Of a stretch of 40,611 bases of DNA, positions 10,228 through 20,300 are shown one piece after another. Location: contig NW_024705485.1 in assembly GCF_018977255.1 (NCBI RefSeq), positions 1-40,611 on the forward strand, read 5' to 3'. Numbering within the stretch: position 1 is the stretch's first letter; each line of letters begins with the position of its first letter. A program made the translations under genes and the position numbers. The notes under the pieces were generated by a model, which had not been told where the DNA came from, did no database searches, and worked only from the letters and a program-made list of their open reading frames with translations. The stretch comes from Callorhinchus milii (lineage: Eukaryota).

Positions 10228-10461
10228 GGTTGTTGTTGTTGGTGGTCCTGGTGCTGGCTGGTGGTGGTGCTGGTGGTGGTGCTGGTGGTGGTGCTGGTGG
10301 TGGTGCTGGTGGTGGTGCTGCTGGTGGTGGTGGTGGTGCTGGTGGTGGTGCTGGTGGTGCTGGTGCTGGTGGTGGTGCTGCTGGTGCTGCTGCTGGTGCT
10401 GGTGGTGGTGCTGCTGGTGGTGGTGCTGCTGGTGGTGCTGGTGGTGGTGCTGCTGGTGCTG
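10228..10461. repeat. (GGT)n(GCT)n triplet repeat, mirror of 6295-6528
   Basis: Reverse complement of the left copy, with one visible substitution. Confidence 0.95.
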
Positions 10462-11082
10462 CGTACGACACTCCACACACACAAACACCCCCCCCCCCCA
10501 TCTACAACACGGAGTGGCAGCAACCCGGCGGCCATCAGCAGTGGCAACACTTCACTCGCCTCGAGGAGGAGAGGCGCGACATCAGCGGCGGCGCCGCATG
10601 GACGTCTCCGAGCGGCGAGGAGGAGGAGGCCGGGGGAGCGCGCTGGGCCCCCTCTTGACGTTGACTCGGCAGCGGAGATACGCGGGGAGGGAGGGAGATG
10701 GCGGAGAGAGAGGGGGGAGAGAGAGTGGGGGGGGGAGTGGGGGGAGAGTAAAGAGAGAGTGGGGGAGAGTGGGGGGAGGGAGGGAGATGGCGGAGAGAGA
10801 GGGGGGAGAGAGAGGTGAGAGGATAGGGGGGAGATGGGGGGGGGGAGATGAGAGAGAGATGAAACATCTCCTGCTACTGCTGCTGCTGTCGCCCCTTAAA
10901 CTCGCGCAGTGGATCGTGGTGAGTACGTCAGGAGCTGAGCGAGTGGCCGTGTCAGGGGCTCTGCGACTCACCACGCGGATATCGACTCGCTCATCGCCAC
11001 GCGGCCTCCGTACCGCCTTCTGTAAACAGATAACGCGTTTAGGTGACGGTGTTCAAAGTGAAATTAATAACAAAATAACAAT

Positions 11083-11317
11083 CTCTCTCTGTCTGTGTCT
11101 CTCTGTGTGTCTCTCACTCTCTGTGTCTCTCTCTGTGTGTCTCTCTCATTATCTCTCTCTCTGTGTCTCTCTCTGTCTCTCTGTGTCTCCCTCTCTCTGT
11201 CTCTCTGTGTCTCTCACTCACTGTGTCTCTCTCTGTCTCTCACTCACTGTGTCTCTCTCTGTGTCTCTCTGTGTCTCTCTGTGTCTCCCTCTCTCTGTGT
11301 CTCTCTGTGTCTCTCTC
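11083..11317. repeat. (TC)n/(TGTGTCTC)n microsatellite, mirror of 5440-5674
   Basis: Reverse complement of the left copy. Confidence 0.95.
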
Positions 11318-11319
11318 AT

Positions 11320-11766
11320 TAGGGCTAAACGATTTGGGGAAAATATCCAATTGCGATTTTTTTTGACAGATATTGCGATTTGATTTGCGATTAAATTTTT
11401 TGAAGTCAAGCATCAGTTCAATATTCATTCTGTAATAGATTTAGAACACGCGATGGAGCATTACCACATCAACATATGAACTGCCCTATATATTCTAATG
11501 CAAGGTGAAGAACTTCAAATGTATGAATTGCTTCCAACATGTATTTCTGAAAGTGTTTTAATTGAAATGGAACAATCAAACATAGGACAATCGTTAAGTC
11601 AAATAAATACAGTTATAATACAAAAAATAAAACAATTCCAACAACAAAGCAATCGGACTTTGCAACCCCGCAAAATATCGCAGCCTCCTATTGCTTCATC
11701 ACATTGCGATTAATCGATTTCAAATCGATTTTGATCGATTTCAAATCGATTAATGGTTCAGCACTT
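11320..11766 (+). mobile_element. hAT-like MITE, mirror copy of 4991-5437
   Basis: TAGGGCTAAACGATT...AATGGTTCAGCACTT. Confidence 0.65.
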
Positions 11767-12080
11767 GCCTGTAGGTTCTCCCCCCGTCTCTGCGCTGGTC
11801 CCAGAGAGGCGGCACGGCGCACGAGGGGACGTCTCTCTCCTCCCCGCCCCTCCGCCCCCCTTCCTCCGTTGCCGATGCTCCAACAATCCCCCCACTTTGC
11901 TCGCTTACGATCCGCGAGACGTCGTGAGCATCGCCGCCCGTCAAGACGCGAGACGCGGGAGTCCAACTCAGGTGGGGGAGGAGGAGGGTGGTGACCCTCA
12001 CGCTTCTACATCGCGTCACCGTTCACCTTTCATTACACACACGCACGGTAGACAAACACCCACAGCCGCTCTGGGCTCAG

Positions 12081-12209
12081 CAGGCTGTTGGGGCAAGTGC
12101 TGTTAGCGAGTAGCAGCAGCTATGACACACTCACAAAGACAAAGATCCCCCGTGTAGCCTGTGACAGGCTGTTGGGGCAAGTGCTGTTAGCGAGTAGCAG
12201 CAGCTATGA
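12081..12209. repeat. 45-bp direct repeat pair, mirror of 4548-4676
   Basis: CAGGCTGTTGGGGCAAGTGCTGTTAGCGAGTAGCAGCAGCTATGA occurs twice. Confidence 0.9.
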
Positions 12210-12223
12210 AGGCCGGCACGGCA

Positions 12224-14235
12224 CACCACAACCCTCACCACCACCACCACCACCCTCATCACCACCCTCACTACCACCACCACCACCACCCTCACCACCA
12301 CAACCCTCACCACCACCATCACCACCACAACCCTCACCACCATCACCACCACAACCATCACCACAACCATCATCACCACCACAACCCTCACCACAACCAC
12401 CACTACCACCACAACCATCACCACCATCACCCTCACCACCACCACCACCCTCACCACCACCATCATCACCACCACAACCATCACCACAACCATCACCACC
12501 ACCACAACCATCACCATCACCCTCACCACCCTCACCACCACCACCCTCACCACCATCACAACCACCCTCACCACCACCACAACCCTCACCACCATCACCA
12601 CCACAACCACAACCCTCACCACCACCACCACAACCCTCACCACCACCTCCCTCACCACCACCACCCTCACCACCACCACCACAACCCTCACCACCACCAC
12701 CACAACCCTCACCACCACAACCCTCACCACCACCACAACCCTCACCACCACCACCCTCACCACCACCACCCTCACCATCACCACCACCACCACCACCACA
12801 ACCCTCACCATCACCACCACCACCACCACCACAACCCTCACCACCACCACCACCCTCACCACCACCACCACCACAACCCTCACCACCACCACAACCCTCA
12901 CCACCACCACCCTCACCACCACCACCCTCACCACCACCACCCTCACCATCACCACCACAACCCTCACCACCACCACCACCACCCTCACCATCACCACCAC
13001 CACAAGCCTCACCACCACCACCCTCACCACCACCACCCTCACCACCACCACCCTCACCACCACCACCCTCACCATCACCACCACCACAACCCTCACCACC
13101 ACCACCACCCTCACCACCACCACCACCACCACAACCCTCACCACCACCACCACCCTCACCACCACAACCACAACCACCACCACCACCACCCTCACCACCA
13201 CCACCACAAACCTCACCACCATTACCACCCTCACCACCATCATCACCACCCTCACCACCACCACCCTCACCATCACCACCACCACCACAACCCTCACCAC
13301 CACCACCACCCTCACCACCACCACCACCACAACCCTCACCACCACCACCACCATCACCACCACAACCACCACCATCACCACCACAAACCTCACCACCATC
13401 ACAACCCTCACCACCACAACCCTCACCATTACCACCCTCACCACCACCACAACCCTCACCACCATCACCACCACAACCACAACCCTCACCACCACCACAA
13501 CCCTCACCACCACCTCCCTCACCACCACCACCCTCACCACCACCACCACAACCCTCACCACCACCACCACAACCCTCACCACCACAACCCTCACCACCAC
13601 CACAACCCTCACCACCACCACCCTCACCACCACCACCCTCACCATCACCACCACCACCACCACCACAACCCTCACCATCACCACCACCACCACCACCACC
13701 ACAACCCTCACCACCACCACCACCCTCACCACCACCATCACCACAACCCTCACCACCACCACAACCCTCACCACCACCACCCTCACCACCACCACCACCC
13801 TTACCACCACCACCCTCACCATCACCACCACAACCCTCACCACCACCACCACCCTCACCATCACCACCACCACAAGCCTCACCACCACCACCCTCACCAC
13901 CACCACCATCACCACCACAACCACCACCATCACCACCACCACCCTCACCACCACCACCACAAACCTCACCACCATTACCACCCTCACCACCATCATCACC
14001 ACCCTCACCACCACCACCCTCACCACCACCACCCTCACCATCACCACCACCACCACAACCCTCACCACCACCACCACCCTCACCACCACCACCACCACAA
14101 CCCTCACCACCACCACCACCCTCACCACCACAAACCTCACCACCATCACAACCCTCACCACCACAACCCTCACCATTACCACCCTCACCACCACCACAAC
14201 CATCACCACCACCACCACAACCCTCACCACCACCT
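12224..14235. repeat. (ACC)n-based minisatellite, shorter mirror of 1780-4533
   Basis: About 2.0 kb of CAACCCTCACCACCA units, roughly 740 bp shorter than the left copy. Confidence 0.95.
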
Positions 14236-14704
14236 CCTCCACCTCCGCTCCCCGACGCACGGAACTCACCGGGCGAGATGTCAGCCGAGTTGGCCGCGTC
14301 TCCCTCCGCGCGTCTCCCTCCGCGCGTCTCCCTCCACAGGGACGACGAGGAGGAGGAGGAAGAAGTCGGAGGTTGAGGAGGAGGAGGTTGAGGAGGAGGA
14401 GGTTGAAGAGGAGCCCAAAGCGCGCGAAGCCGCCGCCGCAGCCTGCGGCAGGCCTCAGGCGAGCCGCGTCTTCCCAGCGGCAGGTGGAGGGGCCGCGGTG
14501 AACAGCTCTGGACTTGGACCGCGCGGGCTCAGGGGCCGCGGTGAACAGCGCCGCACGCTCCTTGCACGGGCGGTGTTCTAGATGTCTTGTGACCCCCCCT
14601 CCCCTCCCTCCCCTCCTCCCTCCCTCCCTCCCCTCCTCCTCCCTCCCCTCCCCTCCTCCTCCCTCCCCTCCTCCTCCTCCCTCCCTCCCCTCCTCCTCCC
14701 TCCC

Positions 14705-15715
14705 TTTTTTTACGATCAGTGGAAACAAGAAGATGCTCGGTGTATTCGGCACTTTGTTTCGTTCATCATTTCGTAATTTTTTTTTTTAAACGGGGCTTTA
14801 TGTAGCCCTCGCTCGCTCGCTCTCTCTCTCGCTCTCTCTCACTCGCTCTCTCTCTCGCTCATTCTCTCGCTCACTCTCTCGTTATGTACGCCGCCCACCT
14901 CGCAGTCCGACGGCCTCCGACGGGTAGCTCATAACAGCATGCAGAGCTCCCCGTCATCTGCCACGGAGCACACGGCCTCCTCCATCGCCCACTGCTCCTT
15001 GAAGGCCGGCACGGCGTGGGTCAGCCGCGCATGGCGGAACTCCAGCCACACCCTGGCTCCGACCAGAGCGCGGAAGATGCCCAGGCTGCTGGCCGGACGT
15101 TTCCCCTCCAGGGCCACCTTCCTCGCCCTGTGCATGGCGAGCTTGGCGTAGCCGACGAGCACGTTGACCAGCCCCTGAAGATGTTGGGGTCCGTCGCCCT
15201 TTTGGTATCCAAAAATGAGGACCGTCGGGGAGAAGTGGAGGCTGAACTTTAGGAGGATGTTTCTCAGGACCTTGAACAGCGAGTCCAGGCTCTTGCACTC
15301 CACGTATCGGTGCGCCACCGTCTCCACTTTACCGCAGAACCGGCACTCCGGGGGCGTGTCGGTGAAGCGCGCCAGGGAGGCGTTGGTGGTGACGGTGCCG
15401 TGGGCGATGCTCCAGCTGAGGTCGCCGATGCGGTTGTACGTCGGGCTGGAGTAGAGTTGCCTCCAGAGAGGCCTCTCCGGAGAGATGCAGGGCAGGGCTT
15501 TCCTCCAGGCATGGTCCTTATGGCTCCTCAGGGTGTCCTGTTGGTGAAACCGGACCATGTAGGAGTAGAGCACCTTCCTCTTGACATTTGCGAAGGCCAC
15601 CTCTGGTAGGTCTTCCAGCCGGCACAGGTTGTGATCCGCCTTCGCTTGTCGGCATTGGCGATGCAGCGGCACGACGGAGAGCTCCGGTGGAGGGGGACCG
15701 AGAGGGGCCTCGTGA
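14705..15715 (-). mobile_element. Tx1-clade LINE fragment, mirror copy of 306-1313
   Basis: Identical ORF2 C-terminal translation (stop at 14929), T7 at 14705-14711, and CT repeats on both sides. Confidence 0.85.
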
Positions 15716-16060
15716 TCCCTCCCCTCCTCCTCCCTCCCCTCCTCCTCCCTCCCCTCCTCCCTCCTCTCCTCCCCTCCCTCCCCTCCTCCTCCCTCCCCTC
15801 CTCCTCCCTCCTCTCCTCCCCTCCTCCTCCCCCCTCCCCTCCTCCTCCCTCCCCTCCTCCTCCCTCCCTCCCCTCCTCCTCCCTCCCTCCCCTCCTCCTC
15901 CCTCCTCTCCTCCCCTCCTCCTCCCCCCTCCCCTCCTCCTCCCTCCCCTCCTCCCTCCCCTCCTCCTCCATCCCTCCCCTCCTCCCTCCCCTCCTCCTCC
16001 CTCCCCTCCTCCCCTCCTCCCTCCCCTCCCTCCCCTCCCCTCCCCTCCCTCCCTCCCCCC
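15716..16060. repeat. Polypyrimidine CCT/CTCC repeat
   Basis: Mirror counterpart of 1-305. Confidence 0.95.
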
Positions 16061-16066
16061 AGTAGC

Positions 16067-16224
16067 ATTTGGGGGAAATGTCAAATTGTGATTTTTGTGA
16101 CAGATTTGGGATTTGATTTGCGATTGAATGTTTTGAAGTCCGGCTTCAGTTCATTGTTCACTGTGTAATAGATTTAAAACATGAGGTGGAGCATTACCAC
16201 GTGATGCCATCACAATATGAATTG
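16067..16224 (+). mobile_element. Diverged fragment of the same hAT-like MITE family as 11320-11766
   Basis: Aligns by eye to ~11332-11483 (ATTTGATTTGCGATT, TTTTGAAGTC, TGTAATAGATTTA, TGGAGCATTACCAC) with many substitutions. Confidence 0.8.
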
Positions 16225-16278
16225 TTATTCTGTGAGAGACAAGAACAAAAATGTAGAAAAACGCAAGTCAAAAGTTTT

Positions 16279-16369
16279 ATAAATTGATTTGCATTTTAAT
16301 GAGGGAAATAAGTATTTGACCCCCTCTCAATCAGAAAGATTTCTGGCTCCCAAGTGTCTTTTATACAGG
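16279..16369 (+). mobile_element. Tc1/mariner transposon fragment (inner repeat region of the left terminal arm)
   Basis: AATTGATTTGCATTTTAATGAGGGAAATAAGTATTTGACCCC...AGATTTCTGGCTCCC matches my recollection of fish Tc1-like elements; not database-checked. Confidence 0.7.
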
Positions 16370-16446
16370 TGAAGTATCACAATGACGGCAGGAAACCTCT
16401 TGACGGGTAGCACACTTTTTATTAAACCTTGACTTGTCTCGATACA

Positions 16447-16553
16447 ACGTGTGGTCACTATTCTTCACACTACACACACTTCACTTGACACGTGTGGTCA
16501 CTATTCCTCACACTACACACACTCCACTGACACGTGTAGTGACTATGGCTCAC
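16447..16553. repeat. ~42-43-bp tandem repeat, ~2.5 copies
   Basis: ACGTGT(G/A)GT(C/G)ACTAT starts at 16447, 16490 and 16532. Confidence 0.8.
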
Positions 16554-16582
16554 GCTGCATGCTCACACTGCATGCTCACACT

Positions 16583-16805
16583 CAGAGGTGTGGACTCGAG
16601 TCATGTGACTTGGACTCGAGTCAGACTCGAGTCATGAATTTGATGACTTCAGACTCGACTTGGACTTGCATAACAATGACTTTGTCCCACCTCTGAGGTG
16701 TGGACTCGAGTCATGTGACTTGGACTCGAGTCAGACTCGAGTCATGAATTTGATGACTTCAGACTCGACTTGGACTTGCATAACAATGACTTTGTCCCAC
16801 CTCTG
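16583..16805. mobile_element. hAT-type MITE as a head-to-tail dimer (110-bp period) with 8-bp TSD CTCACACT
   Basis: Termini CAGAGGTG...CACCTCTG, with CTCACACT at 16575-16582 and 16806-16813 and repeated GACTCGAGTC palindromes inside. Confidence 0.88.
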
Positions 16806-17039
16806 CTCACACTACACTCCAGCCCCGTAACGTCCGTGGAGCCTACAGACCCACCCCAGCTTGGGCGTGGGTCACAACCTCTGGGTCCCGAGAGCCGGCC
16901 CTCACACGGACGTTCGGCCCCGGGTCCCAGGGTCCCGCCTCTGGGTCACACAGAGCCCCGGTCCTTACAAGGACAGCGGGACTAGGTGCCGCAGGGCCCT
17001 ATCTCTTCCTCCGCCGTCTTCAGTCTTCGCTGGTCACCA

Positions 17040-17353
17040 ACTCCCCGAGCGCCCGCGCGCACCGCCTTATATAGCCCTCTTGCGGACCGCGATGTGAGCA
17101 CCCACCAGTCGACCAATCACGGCGCGCTGTTCCTACGATCCGTTTTCCCAGCGCGTGTTACCACTACACAACCAATCGCCCCGCGCTGCCACACGATCAC
17201 TCCCTGTCAGCGCGCGTCACCAACACACAGCCAATCACCACCACATAACCCATGACCCCGCGCTGCCCTGTGATCCCTCACCGTCAGCGCGCGTCACTGG
17301 CACACAGCCAATCACCACGCGCTGCCCCACGATCCCCACTGTCAGCGCGTATC
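17040..17353 (-). promoter_or_regulatory. Putative Pol II promoter / LTR U3-like region: TATA box plus four CCAAT-bearing ~59-bp repeats
   Basis: Minus-strand TATATAAG at 17073-17066; CCAATC at 17113, 17172, 17231 and 17308 in a CpG-rich context. Confidence 0.5.
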
Positions 17354-20300
17354 ACCACTACACCTAACTACTACAACTACCACTACAACCACTACCACCA
17401 TTACCTAACTACTACAACTACAACCACTACCACAACCATTACCTAACTACTATAACTACCACTACAACCACCATTACCTAACTACTATAACTACCATTAC
17501 AACCACTACCACCACCATTACCTAACTACTATAACTACCACTACAACCACCATTACCTAACTACTATAACTACCACTACAACCACCATTACCTAACTACT
17601 ATAACTACCACTACAAACACAACCACCATTACCTAACTACTACAACTACCACTACAACCACTACCACAACCACTATTACCTAACTACTATAACTACCACG
17701 ACAACCACTATTACATAACTACTATAACCATTACCACAACCACTATTACCTAACTACTATAACTACTACTATAACCATTACCACAACCACCATTACCTAA
17801 CTACTATAACTACCACGACAACCATTATTACCTAACTACTATAACCACTACCACAACCACCATTACCTAACTACAACTACCACTACAACCACTACCACAA
17901 CCACTATTACCTAACTACTATAACTACCACGACAACCACTATTACCTAACTACTATAACCAATACCACAACCACTATTACCTAACTACTACAACTACCAC
18001 TACAACCACTACCACAACCACTATTACCTAACTACTATAACTACCACTACAACCACTATTACCTAACTACAACTACCACTACAACCACTACCACAACCAC
18101 CATTACCTAACTACTACAACTACCACTACAACCACTACCACAACCACCATTACCTAACTACTATAACTACCACTACAACCACTACCACAACCACTATTAC
18201 CTAACTACTATAACTACCACTACAACCACTACCACAACCACTTACCTTACTACTAAAACTACCACTACAACCACTACCACAACCACTATTACCTAACTAC
18301 TATAACTACCACTACAACCACTACCACAACCACTTACCTTACTACTAAAACTACCACTATAACCACTACCACAACCACTATTACCTAACTACTATAACTA
18401 CCACTACAACCACTACCACAACCACCATTACCTAACTACTATAACTACCACTACAACCACTACCACCACCATTACCTAACTACTATAACTACCACTACAA
18501 CCACCATTACCCAACTACTATAACTACCATTACAACCACTACCACCACCATTACCTAACTACTATAACTACCACTACAACCACCATTACCTAACTACTAT
18601 AACTACCACTACAAACACAACCACCATTACCTAACTACTACAACTACCACTACAACCACTACCACAACTACTATTACCTAACTACTATAACTACCACGAC
18701 AACCATTATTACATAACTACTATAACCACTACCACAACCACTTACCTAACTACTAAAACTACCACTACAACCACTACCACAACCACTATTACCTAACTAC
18801 TATAACTACCACTACAACCACTATTACCTAACTACAACTACCACTACAACCACTACCACAACCACCATTACCTAACTACTACAACTACCACTACAACCAC
18901 TACCACAACCACCATTACCTAACTACTATAACTACCACTACAACCACTACCACAACCACTATTACCTAACTACTATAACTACCACTACAACCACTACCAC
19001 AACCACTATTACCTAACTACTAAAACTACCACTACAACCACTACCACAACCACTATTACCTAACTACTATAACTACCACGACAACCACTATTACATAACT
19101 ACTATAACCACTACCACAACCACTATTACCTAACTACTATAACTACTACTATAACCATTACCACAACCACCATTACCTAACTACTATAACTACCACGACA
19201 ACCACTATTACCTAACTACTATAACCACTACCACAACCACTATTACCTAACTACAACTACCACTACAACCACTACCACAACCACCATTACCTAACTACTA
19301 TAACTACCACTACAACCACTACCACAACCACTATTACCTAACTACTACAACCACTACCACAACCACTTACCTAACTACTAAAACTACCACTACAACCACT
19401 ACCACAACCACTATTACCTAACTACTATAACTACCACGACAACCACTATTACCTAACTACTATAACCAATACCACAACCACTATTACCTAACTACTACAA
19501 CTACCACTACAACCACTACCACAACCACTATTACCTAACTACTATAACTAGCACTACAACCACTATTACCTAACTACCACTACAACCACTACCACAACCA
19601 CGATTACCTAACTACTACAACCACTACCACAACCACTTACCTAACTACTAAAACTACCACTACAACCACTACCACAACCACTATTACCTAACTACTATAA
19701 CTACCACGACAACCACTATTACCTAACTACTATAACCACTACCACAACCACTATTACCTAACTACAACTACCACTACAACCACTACCACAACCACCATTA
19801 CCTAACTACTATAACTACCACTACAACCACTACCACAACCACTATTACCTAACTACTACAACCACTACCACAACCACTTACCTAACTACTAAAACTACCA
19901 CTACAACCACTACCACAACCACTATTACCTAACTACTATAACTACCACGACAACCACTATTACCTAACTACTATAACCAATACCACAACCACTATTACCT
20001 AACTACTACAACTAACACTACAACCACTACCACAACCACTATTACCTAACTACTATAACTAGCACTACAACCACTATTACCTAACTACCACTACAACCAC
20101 TACCACAACCACGATTACCTAACTACTACAACTACCACTACAACCACTACCACCTTTACCTAACTACTATAACTACCACTACAACCACTACCACAACCAC
20201 CATTACCTAACTACTATAACTACCACTACAACCACTATTACCTAACTACTGCAACTACCACTACAACCACTACCACAACTACTATTACCTAACTACTATA

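Larger units (their letters stand above)
1..16060. repeat. Giant inverted duplication (palindrome): left arm 1-7542, right arm 9214-~16060, 1671-bp spacer 7543-9213
   Basis: The ORF track is mirrored with identical translations (6848 pairs with 9908; 349-1092 + matches the end of 14929-16068 -; 5044-5259 - matches 11498-11713 +). At the inner boundary TCTGAATGAGCAACTATTACCG (ends 7542) is the reverse complement of CGGTAATAGTTGCTCATTCAGA (starts 9214). The left arm runs off the window edge. Confidence 0.97.

Noticed and set aside
14929..16068. 379-aa ORF as a longer Tx1 protein
   Set aside because: The N-terminal extension is translated GA repeat.
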